64,000 bases of DNA, from NCBI RefSeq assembly GCF_001447785.1, contig NW_015166417.1, positions 1,920,167 to 1,984,166 on the forward strand. Direction: 5' to 3'. Made by a program: the position numbers and the translations under genes. The notes beneath the pieces were generated by a model. The model did not search any database. It was not told the DNA's origin and saw only the letters and a list, made by a program, of their open reading frames with translations. Position 1 is the stretch's first letter. The number at the start of each line of letters is the position of its first letter. Below are positions 13,486 to 26,321 of this stretch, in pieces. Origin of the DNA: Gekko japonicus (lineage: Eukaryota).

Positions 13486-13761
13486 AGAAGAAGAGGAGAT
13501 TGGATTTATACCCTGCCCTTCACTCAGAGTCTCAGAGCAGCTTACAAACTCCTTTCCCTTCCCCTCCCCACAACAGACACCCTGTGAGGTAGGTGGGGCT
13601 GAGAGAGCTCTGACAGAAACTGCTCTTTTTCAAGAACAGCTGTGCCAGAACTATGGCTTGCCCAAGGTCATCCAGCAAGTGCAAGTGGAGGAGTGGGGAA
13701 TCAAACCTGGTTCTCCCAGATTAGAGTCCGCACACTTAACCACTACACCATACTGGCTCTC
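13486..13761 (-). mobile_element. Squam3-type tRNA-derived SINE
   Basis: On the - strand: GAGAGCCAG..TGGTGTAGTGGTTAAG (A box), GGTTTGATTCCCC (B box), and a (TCTT)n-type tail. Confidence 0.8.
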
Positions 13762-13867
13762 ATGTTTATTTCTGGTTTCTTCCCTCCCTGCAGGAGTAAT
13801 TGGTGGGAGGGTAGAGAGGAGCACCTGAAACCAGGGGATCCCCTGCCCTACTGGGGGACCTGGCAAC

Positions 13868-14073
13868 CAGTGTTCCCTCTAAGCTGAGTTACTGTGAGCT
13901 AGCTCACAGTTTTTTACCCTCCGGCTCACACGTTTTTGTCTTAGCTCAGGAAGGATGGCTCCAGAGCAAACCAGCTTATGGAGTAGCCAAATCACCTGCT
14001 CACAACTTTAATGCCAGTAGCTCACAAAGTAGAATTTTTGCTCACAGGACTCCAGAGCTTAGAGGGAGCATTG
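13868..14073 (+). mobile_element. hAT MITE (CAGTGTTCCCTCTAAGC TIR)
   Basis: TIRs plus a perfect 8-bp TSD CTGGCAAC at 13860-13867 and 14074-14081. Confidence 0.88.
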
Positions 14074-15950
14074 CTGGCAACTCTATCAAATGGTGCAATA
14101 AAAGCCCTGAGGCAGCTGAATGGACCACCTCAGATTTAAGGTGGTGGCATGTAACACCTTTCAGTCCTTAGTATAAAATCTCACTGCAGGAAGAAGTCAT
14201 AGGTGATCTAGCACTGGGAGAGCCAATGTGGCATAGTTAATGGTCACCGTGGCAGACTTGGATCTCAGGTTTAAGTCCCCACTCTGCTATGGAAGCTTGC
14301 AGGTTGATCTTGAGCCAGTCATTTGTCCCTCAGTCTAACCTATCTCATGTTGTTGTTATGAGAAACAGTGTTGTACGCTGCTTTGGGTCCCCAGTGGGTA
14401 CAAATAAACAGGCTCTTAGCTTGTGGCTTGCATCCAGTGTGTTGAATGAACCATCTGTTGAATCTCAGCAGACCCGAGACATATTGTCTGTTTGTCTTGG
14501 CTTACATTTTTCTTTTATTTATAAGCTGCTTTGTGACCCTTAAGGGTGAAAAGTGAGATACAAATATTCTAAATAAATTGGCTGCATGGATAGATCAGGC
14601 CTACACTGAGATCCCAGGCAACGTAGTTGTAGTTCAGCAAATTCACAGAATCTGTTTTATTGTTTGCAGTCTTCTCTTATAAAAGCATTTATGTTCTGGG
14701 CAAACTGTAATTTCTAAGCACTCAAACAGCAGTATGTTTGCTGGAGAAAGTGAAATCTTGTCCGTAGTCAAAATGGCCATTTTTATTCTGCAGAGATGCC
14801 TGGAATGCAGCCGTGTGGATAGCAAGGGTCATTCCTAAGGCATCAATAAGTGTGGTGCAACTTCTGTGCTACCCACTCTTGACTGCTATGTTTTGTCATG
14901 TCAACACTAGTGTTTGGCCTGCAAAGAGATGGCTTATAAGGGGGTTTGAGTGACTAATTCATTTAGAGTGTAGAGAGGTCCTTAGTTTGATTTCTGTGGT
15001 TTTGAGGCTCTACAAGGCTTATCATGGGAGAAAAGGCACAATTCACTGGAGAGGGATGTCCTGGAATGTTGTTTCTGTCATGGGTGAATTGCTGTCGACC
15101 TACAAGGAATACCCGCATAGGGTTTGCACTGTGGTCAGTCAGAAATGAGAAGGAGCACTGCTGCTAGAGCAGTCTGGAAGTGTGACGGGAGCAGGGGAAT
15201 CAGTGGCTGCTGGCTCTAGAATCTGCTGCCAATAATGAGGTCACGTAGCACAGAAATAGGCAGTGTAGAGTCTGCGTCACAGCAAAGCATCCTTCCTTAT
15301 CTTTTAAAGAGAGCTCAGACTATCGCCCTTTGAGCTAGGACTTGCAGAGTTGATGCCACCCAGGCTATGAGATGCGGTTGGGACACACATCGTGAGCTGC
15401 ACATCTAGATAAGGTGTAAAAGGGCTGTGGTTAACACCATAGAATGGTGTGTTGTCCTGGGGGTGCTTCTGTGATGTATGAAGGGGGGCAGAGCAGTGCT
15501 TACGCACTGGAGGGTAAATCAGAATAGGAAGCATCCGAGCGTAGTAATATGAACTGTCTTGTGTGAGAGGACCAGGATAAGAAAAGGAGGACGTAACTGA
15601 TGCTGCTGCCTTCCTTGGCTTATAGTTGCTGCATGTGGAGGCATTCAGTGTGATTAAACTATCTCCATTTTTAGTTTTGTTTGGGGGGACCCAGAATTTT
15701 AACATTCCGCACTTTATCTGTTCTTTCTCCCCCTCTCCTCATGGGTCCATTTATCTTATGATTAGCTTTTGAATTCCGGGGTTTTGAATGGAACTATTTT
15801 ATTTAATGAATGCTACGAACAGCTTTAGATACACTATTGAAGAAGTCTAATAAAGATGTCTCTTGTGCCAGGTTGGATTTTAATGCTTATGATTTATAGT
15901 GGGGAGGGGTTTTGTTCTTGCTCGAAGAATTTTCCTTTTTTATCTTACAG

Positions 15951-16070
15951 CTCAGGCAGAAATTCCCAGCAGCAGCCACACAAGGAGCGCATCAAAAGCC
16001 ACGGCCTACTCTGGAAAAGATTATACCGCCCAAAAGAATGTGCATTATTCAGCAGCCTCGGAAATGTTAA
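15951..16070 (+). CDS. DAPL1: DAPL1 exon 4 ([39 protein letters not shown])
   Basis: Acceptor tttttatcttacag; DAP-family HQKP and C-terminal IIQQPRKC motifs; TAA at 16068-16070. The spliced CDS is 110 aa and stays in frame. Confidence 0.97.
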   Translation, partial: LRQKFPAAATQGAHQKPRPTLEKIIPPKRMCIIQQPRKC

Positions 16071-16190
16071 ATATGTAGAGTAAAATATTCATATATCTGA
16101 CAGACTTGCTCTTAACAAAACAGCACTTAGCTAAGCAAGCAGTAAATGGACCAAATGTCTTCTGCAGCTTCTAATTCGTATTTTTCAGGC

Positions 16191-16196
16191 AATAAA
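16191..16196 (+). terminator. DAPL1: DAPL1 polyadenylation signal
   Basis: AATAAA 120 nt after the stop, followed by a U/GU-rich downstream element (about 16216-16238). Confidence 0.8.
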
Positions 16197-18954
16197 ATCT
16201 GTGTACATTCTGCAATTTTTTTCTTTGTGTTTTTTTTTCCAAGAGGAGATTAATAAGACTTTCTCATGTAATTGTTCCCAAAGCCTCCTGGGTGTTGCAG
16301 CTTGGAATAGATGGGCCATTTCTTTGAGCAGTATTCTTAAGAGAGGCAAGGCGTGTCACACTTCTTATCAGTCACAAAGCCAGATGCAGTTCACCAGCTA
16401 CGTGGCAGCTTGACTGGAAATTCATAACCTGCCTCCTTTTTAAGTACCGGACAGGCAGCAAAACCAGAAACTGCGTGGAGATACTGGTAGGATACATGTA
16501 CCATGCCTGGAAGCATAAATGGCATTACATCTGAAAATGTGGGGGAAAGCAGGACAGTTACTAAACTTTCCTAATTCCTCTCTTTCTTAGCATCATTTGA
16601 AAAATATCAGCTTCTTCGTGATCATCAGTTTATCTATCTTGGTATAGGGTATCTTTTGCATGATCTGAACCAGTTCATAAGGCCCCTGGAGACATGTGGA
16701 GCTATGTGGAGATCCTCCCAGTATGCATGGTCACCATGTTGTGTGTAAAGGATAATGCATAGATTTTTTCAGCTTCAATACTGTGAACCAGAACTCTGAA
16801 AAATCAGGATTCAGTGTGATAGGTGAAGAGTAAAATCAAAGCACTGCCTCTTTCAGGAAAACACGGGAGCTATGCCTAGCAGGAGGATTGTGTTTGTACT
16901 GTTGGTCTTCATGGGTTGGCTGCTCCTCATACACCAGACCAGAATGTCTTGTATAGGCAGATACACGATATATCTGTGTGCTGGGGTTCACTCCTACCCA
17001 GGAAAATGATACCTTTTGACCTGAAGACACTTCCACTAATCACAGAGGGCAGTCAGTGGTTGCTTATTTGTGGAAAGGCAGTAGTATCTTAAATACGGGA
17101 AGAAGCTCGGCTTATAGTGTGCTCCATGTATAAATCTTTCTTAGTCCTATATGGTAATGCTGCATGGGTTTGCTGATTAATATACTGTAATTGGAATGTA
17201 CTTGGCCACCTTAATCCTTGTCCTTTCCAGAAATCCATGGTAATGCTATGGCTGTGATTTTAGTGTTGACCTGTTAGAATGGTGGCTTTGAGTGTGTAAA
17301 GAAATGCCAGTTTCTCCTTTTTCTGCCAGTATTCAGTCCTTGGTAAATGCATATATTGCATTGTTCTGGACAGGTAGCAGTGATCATATGAGAAACCTGT
17401 CTCCTTTAAATTTAAAGAATTGCTGTCATGGCTTTAATGTAATTAGTTTAGTACATGAATTAATTTGCACAGGTCAGATCTCACAGACAGGTTTTTATGT
17501 TGGTCTGTATTTTCCTACTGGGAAGTTACATTCAGATGCTTTTTCCTGACAATTCCAAAACTGAACATTTTTATATATGGAATTTTATGTGTACTTAAGA
17601 GTAACACCATGAATAGGTAGAACTTGAGGAAGTCACAAGCATCTCCTGTTGGCTATTCACAGACAATCTTTATGGGGGAAATGCCAAAAGCCATGACTAA
17701 TGTAAGGTAGTGTGAACCATAAAATCAATGGACTTTGCAAATTATTAGGCAATGAAAGTTAGCAAAAACCTTCAGCGGTTCATTTAAATAGATATGCAAG
17801 TCAATACACTACACTTGCTCACAAAATTCCAGAAGCCAGAATTCTTGTACTCTTCACAGGACTTGCTAGAATTTTCACAGTGAAACACTGAATCTTAAAA
17901 TGCCCTTGCCTTCAGAGCTCGTCTCAACCTTACAATACTGTACCTCTTCATTTTATCAGTGCTCATCATGACTCTGACACTTCCAGTTTGATAACAGGCC
18001 AGCCACACGTCCCGTGCCTTAAACATTTTCTGACCATTTACCAGGGTCACTTGGTATGCTTTTCAGTACTCTGCAAGATACCTTTGTACTGTCATATTTC
18101 TGTCTGCATATTCATACCAAAATCTAACTTTTGCTACATTCTGTCAGTCAAACCTTATATAACTGAAATTGCTCACAGTTGTTTTTTGCCCTATATGTTT
18201 AGTAGAAGAATAGGCACAAGTTTATTTCTATATTCCATGTTATATATGAATATATTTCATTAAACCATTTTCTACGATGCTCTTTTTGCCTGACTCTTCA
18301 ATTTTATGAAGTAAATCCATACAAAAGTTGGAAAAAATTCATTTTAAGGACTTGTTTGGTTTAAATATTTTTGGTATTATTTTTATTTGTAGGTTGCTTT
18401 GTCTCTGAAGAGGTGGCATAGAAATATCCTAAATCAGTTTTGCTTCACATTATACCAGTAAACTGTATGTAGCCTTGTATTTGGAGAGGCAGCATATAAT
18501 TTCCTAAATAGGGTCTTTTGTGATGTTATGATTTTTTTAATTGTAAGCTACATCATCAATTACCAATGTAAAAAACCCCAAGCTGTTGCAAATTGTATTA
18601 AGGGTACTAACAAATTGTATTAACAATATTAACCACAATTGTTATAGCATAAGCTTTTGTTACATAAATCCAGGCTGATCACATTTTATTTAGTTCATTA
18701 TATATTCTAAATTCTGAAAACTATGTCTGCACCAAATGCTTTCATCTCCAAAAAAAACCTCCCAAGCTTCTGCCAGATTATCCCTTCACATTGCAAAGGA
18801 TCCTACAGCAATTTCTAGGATGCATATTCTGTTAATAAAAGATACTAAGAAACTGTGTCGTGCCTCATTCTATGGCACTTTGAATGCCCTAACATTTTGT
18901 ATCTACACATTATAGGGGAACATCAGTAACAGAAGGACATACTGTCTGAAGTAA

Positions 18955-19303
18955 AAAAAGGTAGAGGTTCCCTTGCTCGAAAGCCAGTCGAATCCGACTC
19001 TAGGGTTGCGGTGCTCATCTCCGTTTCAAAGCTGAAGAGCCAGCGCTGTCTGAAGATGTTTCCGTGGTCATGTGGCTGGCATGACTAGACGCCGAGGCAC
19101 ACGGAACGCTGTTACCTTCCCACCGAAGTGGTACCTTTTTAACTACTTGCAATTTCTTGCTTTCCAACTGCTAGGTTGGCAGGAGCTGGAACTAGAGATG
19201 GGAGCTCACTCCATCATGCGGCACCCAGGTCTCGAACTGCTGAACTACTGACCTTCCACAGCCTGCAGTTCAGCGTCTTAACCACTTGAGCCACTGCAGC
19301 TCC
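18955..19303 (-). mobile_element. Sauria SINE, full length
   Basis: tRNA head, central domain, Bov-B-like 3' end with ACCTTT tail. 14-bp TSD ACTGTCTGAAGTAA at 18941-18954 and 19304-19317. Confidence 0.9.
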
Positions 19304-20035
19304 ACTGTCTGAAGTAATGGTCCACTATTCTTGATGGTCTCACGGAGGACAAGTTCCTGAGGACCAAGGTTGCACTGAATGCAATTTGAAAATCGTCTAA
19401 TGAAATACTAATTTCCCAGTCCTCATTCAGCCATTCAGCCATGTATTGCTAACACTGAATCTTAACAGTAGTTATAACAGCTTGATTTTATCTGTGTAAC
19501 TTAGCACCCGTTCTGCCTTTTCTTGGTAGGCCTTTAGAAACATAACTTGTTTTTGGCTTCACAATTTAATCTTCCACATCTCTTCCTAGTACCTGCATGT
19601 AAAAGAATAGTATTAATGACATCCAAATAGGTAGTTCAGTCATCCCCAACGTGGCTGCCGTCAGGGGGTCTGCCATTGGTTTTTTGGTGCCCGTTTGTTT
19701 TCATCCCCAAAGCCAGTCCTAGCTTTCTTCTAGCTCACTGGTAAAGGAGATGCTTCAGAAAAACTCAGAAGGCATCACATTTATGTCTGCAGGAGCACCC
19801 ATTCGGAAATGACTTATCATAGAAGGGTGTTTGTATTTTGTGACTGACCCCAGGTTCCCAGGGCAGCCATTTAGTGGTGATACCTACTTCTCATTCTCCA
19901 CATTCTAAAAGTGCTCATAGGCTTGAGAGTATTGGGCTTCCCTGCCAAGTTCCTTTCCCCCAGTGGTCTTGCAGAAAACCTTCACATTTATTTATTTAAA
20001 TTCATTTGTACCCTGCTTTTCTTTCCAGTGGGGAC

Positions 20036-20241
20036 CAATGCTCCCTCTAAGCTGTGGAGTCTTGTGAGCAACAATTCTACTTCATGAGCTACTGGCATTA
20101 AAGTTGTGAGCGAGCGATTTGGCTGCTGCATAAATTAGTTTGCTCTGGAGTCATCCTTCCTCAGCTAAGACAACAATGTGTGAGCCAGAGGCTAAAAAAC
20201 TGTGAGCTAGCTCACACTAACTCAGTTTAAAGAGAACACTG
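20036..20241 (-). mobile_element. hAT MITE, second copy of the 13868 family, inside an older tRNA SINE (about 19985-20430)
   Basis: Reverse-complement homology to 13868-14073; TSD GTGGGGAC/GTGGGGCC. Confidence 0.85.
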
Positions 20242-21182
20242 GTGGGGCCCCAAGAGTCTTACATCATTTTCCTCTCCTCCATTTTATCTTCACAGAAACC
20301 CTGTGAGGTAGGTTAGGCTGAGCAAGTGTGACTGGCCCAAGGTCACCCAGTAAGTTTCCATGACACAAGTGGGGATCTGGATCTTGCAGATGTTCGTCTG
20401 AAACTCCTAACCACCGCATTGGCTGTCTCTCATGTTGTCATACAATAACGGAGACAGCTGGACTCTATCTTTTGGCATTCATTCCAAGTCTCTGGTAAAG
20501 GAATTTATGAAAATACAATATTTCAATTTGGATTGTTGATCTTTTAAAAGTATAGCACAAAACTCAAGGTTTACCCAGGTAAAAGTTTGCCATTATTTTC
20601 ATGATTGCCTGACTGTTATAGCTAAATATTTTTTGCCACCAGAGGGTAGCATATGACTACAAATTATAAAAGCTGAAGTCCACTAAATTGCCCAATGGAA
20701 TTTCCTGATCGTTGTTTTCAGCTCAGGAAACAAAGTATGACTGCAACATTTAAGGGAAAAGGCAAATATTTTTAGGCTCTTTGCCTTGTAGGAAGCAGAA
20801 ACCATTAGGCCAAACAAACAAAAAACTAACGCTGTGCACGTTTTCCTGCACACAGCTCAGAAATTGATGTATTTATGTGCAACTGCCCTGTCTTGTTTAT
20901 TGGTAGATTAACATCTGTCTTGAAAGCCCAATACATTTTAAACAAAAAGTGATATGGGACAGGTTGACAGCTTTGCCTTATGAACTGAAATAAGAGACTT
21001 TTGGTCCCTTCTGACTTTGTGGTTCAGCTTCTTTAAGGCCTTCACGGCTGATACCGTACTCTTACAACAAGGACTTTTTACTATGCTACATATACTTACA
21101 TTCTGACACCACATCATCAGTTATTTTGGATGGGTGGGATCCAAGTGATCCAAAGATCACAATTTGAGTGTGGACTATGGAG

Positions 21183-21712
21183 CAGAGCTGCCAGATCTCC
21201 CCCCCCCCCAGCCACCGGCAGGGGATGGGGTAGGGTTGCCAAGTCCTGCAAACTCACCGGCGGGGGAGGCTCCGACGGGTCCGGGAGCCAGCTCCGGATG
21301 TGTGCGCACGCCGCCAGCACATCAATGGAAGTGACATGCGACATCGCTCACGTCGGGGGCGTGGCCCAGATCGTCGGGGGGGAACCATATGGTTCCTCTG
21401 GTGATGCAGCTTTGGGGGGCGGAGTTCCCCCGAGGCCTGATTCCGCTGTGACGGAAATCGGGCCTCCAAAGCGGGGTTTTCCCCGCCCCCACTTGGCAGC
21501 TCTAGGATGGGGGGGTAGAGTTTCCAGGTTGGGAAACTCTTGGGAATTTGTGGATGCAGCGTGGGGAGGACAGGGACCTCAGTGGGGTGCAATGTCATAG
21601 AGTCCACCCTCCAAAGCTGCCATTTTCTCCAGGGGAACTGATCTCTGTAGACTGGAGATGAGCTGTGATTCCAGGGGATCCCCAGGTCCCACCTCAAGGC
21701 TGGCATCCCTAG
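21183..21712. mobile_element. Nested hAT Blackjack-like MITEs
   Basis: TAGGGTTGCCA / TGGCA(T)CCCTA termini and internal motifs shared with other copies. Confidence 0.6.
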
Positions 21713-21791
21713 TGTGGAGATTAGAGGTGCTGATTCAATGTGTTTGGGCACTGAAATCAGCACTGCCTGGCATTTCCTTCATGCATGTAGT

Positions 21792-22471
21792 CAGGGATCA
21801 TTTCCTGCAGGAGCGCACAGGACCGGAGCTCCGGCAGTAAAGACCCGCCCCCTGCTCCCAGCAGTCCCGGGCCACAAGGAGCAAGAAGCAGCCAGGTAAG
21901 TTGCAGAGCCCCCCCCCCCAGATAGCAATCCAAAGGAATCCAGTGGTACCTTTAAGGCCAAGGTTTATTCAGGTACAAGCTCTCCCCCTGCAACAAGACC
22001 CGCCCCCTGCTCCCAGCAGCCCCGGGCCACAAGGAGCAAGAAGCAGCCAGGTAAGTTGCAGAGCCNNNNNNNNNNNNNNNNNNNNNNNNNNNNNNNNNNN
22101 NNNNNNNNNNNNNNNNNNNNNNNNNNNNNNNNNNNNNNNNNNNNNNNNNNNNNNNNNNNNNNNNNNNNNNNNNNNNNNNNNNNNNNNNNNNNNNNNNNNN
22201 NNNNNNNNNNNNNNNCCCCCCAGATAGGAATCCAGTGGCACCTTTAAGGCCAAGGTTTATTCAGGTACAAGCTCTCCCTCCTCTGTGGGGGCAGATCTGC
22301 GCATCCCCCCCCCATAGCTAGCAATCCAAGAGTCCAGTGGAGCCTGAGTGGTGGGTGTTGCCTTCTGACACACTTCTGGTGATGTCAGGGGGTGTGGCTC
22401 ATGCAAATAAGTTATGTTAATAAGTTATGCTAATGAGCTCCTGCACCTCTTTTTCTACAAAATGACCCCTG
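21792..22471. mobile_element. hAT non-autonomous element with an internal tandem repeat of about 155 bp (spans a gap)
   Basis: CAGGGATCATTT...AAATGACCCCTG termini; perfect TSD CATGTAGT at 21784-21791 and 22472-22479. Confidence 0.82.
22066..22215. other. Assembly gap (150 N)
   Basis: Run of N. Confidence 1.
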
Positions 22472-22935
22472 CATGTAGTGATATGTTTGAACAGTTTTTG
22501 CAAAATTACAACTCCCTTGAAGCCAAGAGGTCATTGGGGGGGGGGGAACCTTGACAACAATAGTATGATGTTTATATTGAAGGTCAAAGTTAAAATAGCA
22601 GTGTTCTCAAAGCATAAAGGAATATGGCAAAATATGCGAACTGTATAAAATGATACATTACATCACTGGCTGTGCCATCCTATGCAGAGTGATTCTAGTT
22701 TAAACCCTTTGAAATCAATTGACAGATAGGAGAAATTCTGCATAGGATTGCACTGCCAGTTGTATGCAGTCAATCAACTGGTGCAGTTATAATTTTAATT
22801 TTCTCAAGTGACTGGCATTTTCTTACATGCTGTTCTGCTGTACTAAAGTGAACTTATTTGTTCTTAACATGCCTGCATTGTTTTTAATAGCTAAGTGAGT
22901 TAACTGTGCATATTGGGGTTAGACATTCTTTTAAG

Positions 22936-23177
22936 GAGAGCCAGTTTGTTGTAGTGGTTAAGTATGCAGACTTTAATCTGGGAGAACCGGGTTTGAGTCC
23001 CCACTCCTCCACTTGCAGCTGCTGGATGACCTTGGGCAAGCCATAGTTCTGACAAGAGCTGTCCTTGAAAGGGCAGTTCCTGAAAGAGCTCTCTCAGCCC
23101 CACCTACAGGGTGTCTGTTGTGGGGAGGGGAAGGGAAAGGAGTTTGTAAGATGCTCTGAGACTCCGAGTGAAGGGCG
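22936..23177 (+). mobile_element. Squam3-type SINE running into a gap
   Basis: Near-identical to the reverse complement of 13486-13761. Confidence 0.8.
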
Positions 23178-23802
23178 NNNNNNNNNNNNNNNNNNNNNNN
23201 NNNNNNNNNNNNNNNNNNNNNNNNNNNNNNNNNNNNNNNNNNNNNNNNNNNNNNNNNNNNNNNNNNNNNNNNNNNNNNNNNNNNNNNNNNNNNNNNNNNN
23301 NNNNNNNNNNNNNNNNNNNNNNNNNNNNNNNNNNNNNNNNNNNNNNNNNNNNNNNNNNNNNNNNNNNNNNNNNNNNNNNNNNNNNNNNNNNNNNNNNNNN
23401 NNNNNNNNNNNNNNNNNNNNNNNNNNNNNNNNNNNNNNNNNNNNNNNNNNNNNNNNNNNNNNNNNNNNNNNNNNNNNNNNNNNNNNNNNNNNNNNNNNNN
23501 NNNNNNNNNNNNNNNNNNNNNNNNNNNNNNNNNNNNNNNNNNNNNNNNNNNNNNNNNNNNNNNNNNNNNNNNNNNNNNNNNNNNNNNNNNNNNNNNNNNN
23601 NNNNNNNNNNNNNNNNNNNNNNNNNNNNNNNNNNNNNNNNNNNNNNNNNNNNNNNNNNNNNNNNNNNNNNNNNNNNNNNNNNNNNNNNNNNNNNNNNNNN
23701 NNNNNNNNNNNNNNNNNNNNNNNNNNNNNNNNNNNNNNNNNNNNNNNNNNNNNNNNNNNNNNNNNNNNNNNNNNNNNNNNNNNNNNNNNNNNNNNNNNNN
23801 NN
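23178..23802. other. Assembly gap (625 N)
   Basis: Run of N. Confidence 1.
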
Positions 23803-24037
23803 ACTCATGCAAACTAAATTATGGCCTTTGTGATAAAAAGGACACCTGTTAAAAAGGACACCTTTTACTGATGAGACGTTGTCTGTTCTGCTCTCTCTTA
23901 CATTTTGGTCCTACCTTTCATCAAAGGAGACCAGGGTAGCATATACAGTGTTCTCTCTTCCTCTGTTATGATCCTTGCAAGGCTGTGATGCACCCACTGA
24001 GTTTCTTGGTTGAAGGAAAACTTAAAAACATCTTTAC

Positions 24038-24650
24038 ACCAGCTTGGTATAGTGATTAAGAGCTGTGGACTCTAATCTGGGGAAGCAGGTCTGAGTCCCC
24101 TTTCCTCCACATTAAGCCACCCGGGTGACCTTGGGTCAGTCACAGCCCTCTCAGAGCTCTCTCAGCCCCATTTACCTCATGGGGTGTCTGTTGTGGGGAG
24201 AGGAAGGGAAGATGGTTGTAAGCCACTTTGAGATTCCTTTGGGTAGTGAAAGGTAAAGGTAAAGGTTCCCTTGCTCGAAAGCCAGTCCAATCTGACTCTA
24301 GGGTTGCGGTGCTCATCTCAGTTTCAAAGCCGAAGAGCCAGCGCTGTCCGAAGACGTTTCCGTGGTCATGTGGCCGGCATGACTAGACACCGAGACGCAC
24401 GGAACGCTGTTACCTTCCCACCGAAGTGGTACCTATTTATCTACTTGCAATTTCTTGCTTTCGAACTGCTAGGTTGGCAGGAGCTGGAACCAGAGACGGG
24501 AGCTCACTCCGTCATGCGGCACCCGGGTCTCGAACTGTTGAACTACTGACCTTCCACAGCCTGCAGTTCAGCGTCTTAACCACTTGAGCCACCGCAGCTC
24601 AAGTAGTGAAAAGCAGAGTATAAAAACCAACTTTTCTTCTCTTTTTCTTT
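24038..24650 (+). mobile_element. Squam3-type SINE split by a Sauria SINE
   Basis: tRNA head at 24038; the body resumes after 24602 with a TATAAAAACCAAC + TCTT tail. Confidence 0.78.
24252..24602 (-). mobile_element. Sauria SINE, full length
   Basis: Highly similar to the 18955 copy; TSD GTAGTGAAA at 24243-24251 and 24603-24611. Confidence 0.9.
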
Positions 24651-25055
24651 TCCTAAGAGATATTGGGCCAAGGGGGACCATGAGAACTGAATCCATCATT
24701 AACCTGTTCCTTGGGCAAGACGTTGTTTGCTGTGGAAGTACTGGTAGCCAGTGAAGGTCACAAAAGCCCAGGCAGTTTTCTTGACAGGGGTTGAACAGAG
24801 ACACCAGAGGAATCTCTTCAAGTGATAAGGAGTAATTTGCATGGTAACCAGTGGGTCCCACAAGGAGGTGACCAGGGACTGGATAAGATAAGGAACAGAG
24901 CAGCCAAAAGACTGTGCTGCAGTGGGGCTGGAGAAATTCCAGAAAGTACTGAAGGTTGCAAGAGCCCTGGTACATGTTTCTATCTAGTATTAGAAGCTGT
25001 GAGGAGAGAGAGGGGGGCACACCTGAAATTTTCACTCTAACTATAACTAATATTA

Positions 25056-25283
25056 AAGGTAAAGGTTCCCTTGCTCGAAAGCCAATCGAATCCGACTCTA
25101 GGGTTGTGGTGCTCATCTCCGTTTCAAAGCCGAAGAGCCAGCGCTGTCCGAAGACGTTTCCGTGGTCATGTGGCCGGCATGACTAAACACCAAGGTGCAC
25201 GGAACGCTGTTACCTTCCCACCAAAGTGGTACCTATTTATCTACTTCCAATTTCTTGCTTTCGAACTGCTAGGTTGGCAGGAG
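25056..25283 (-). mobile_element. Sauria SINE, 5'-truncated
   Basis: 3' portion of the element; 13-bp TSD ATAACTAATATTA at 25043-25055 and 25284-25296. Confidence 0.9.
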
Positions 25284-26321
25284 ATAACTAATATTACTGG
25301 TATTTTAAAACTGTTATTCCTTGTCCTGTGCTTTAATGCATTAGCAATGTAATAAATAATAAGTCCATCTGTCTTGAGTTTGGCTTTATGCATCAGGCAG
25401 CTGTAAAACCTGTACACTTCTTAAAGTTTGCTTTTGTTGATGCGTGTCCAAGTGTCGCTTGAATGCACGTAAGAGGTTTACATGGTTAGTTCCTAAGTTA
25501 GGACAGCTGTTTCCTCTGCTGTACAAAAGCGATGGCGAAACTCTCAGAGTTTTATATGCTCCGCAGGATTAATAATTCCAGTTCAGTGGTTTTAAAGGCT
25601 CCTCGGGTGAGCTGGGAAGAGCATCGATCTCAATGCATAGAGTAACACACATGACTGTTTAGAAGGCCTGGGTCAGCAACTGACAGGGTCGCCCTTCCCT
25701 TGTGAATGAATCCGGACCTAGATTGGACTCCACAGGACAATATAATCTAGAGAAGGCAAAGTCTGTTGTTGTGTCCCGTCCCTTCCCCCCCCCCCCCCCC
25801 CCAAAGCAATACAAGGACTGCTGAATGGATAGGTCAAAATGAACAGTGTAATCATCCCGCAACACTAGCATGCCTGGAGTTTAACATCTGTGTGAAAGTT
25901 TGATGTGATTTATAAGAACATTTAACTAGAAACAATAACAAATGATCAGGGTAAATGCTATTTTAAAAGACACTGCAGCTACTCTATATCTCACATAGAA
26001 GTCACCTTTCCTGGGCTGGGAGTTCATTGCTTTTACATCAAACTGGAAATGTGTGCATGTGTATACATAGCACAGTTATAACATTAATCAACTTGGTACT
26101 TCCACCCTTCCTTCAACAAGCTCAGAGCAACATGCATGGTTCTTCCTTCCCCATTTTGTCCTTCACAACAACCCTGTGAGGTGGCTTAAGAGTGGAGTGG
26201 AGTGAAAGAGTGGAACTTGCCCAATATCACTCAGCAAGCTTAAAGGCACAGTGAGGATCCTAGTTCAACTTTCTTGCCACTATACCAGCTCCTGTGTACA
26301 TCTGACTATATGATTTGTACA

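Larger units (their letters stand above)
13234..14085. mobile_element. hAT Blackjack-like MITE with nested Squam3 and a second hAT MITE
   Basis: TAGGGTTGCCAG...CTGGCAACTCTA termini; central palindrome AAACTCTATGGT...ACCATAGAGTTT. Confidence 0.75.

Noticed and set aside
3420-16070. snoRNA host-gene interpretation (short exons, pyrimidine-rich start)
   Set aside because: The exons splice into an intact DAPL1 ORF, and I found no convincing C/D or H/ACA snoRNA in the introns.
21901-23833. Long ORFs (up to 279 aa) here and at 37156-37637
   Set aside because: They are artefacts of N runs translated as X.
24271-25352. Recurring ORF MLESQSN..RRASAVRRRFRGHVAGMT (also 46926-47249) and ORF 24568-25116
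   Set aside because: These are read-throughs of Sauria SINE copies, not a gene family.
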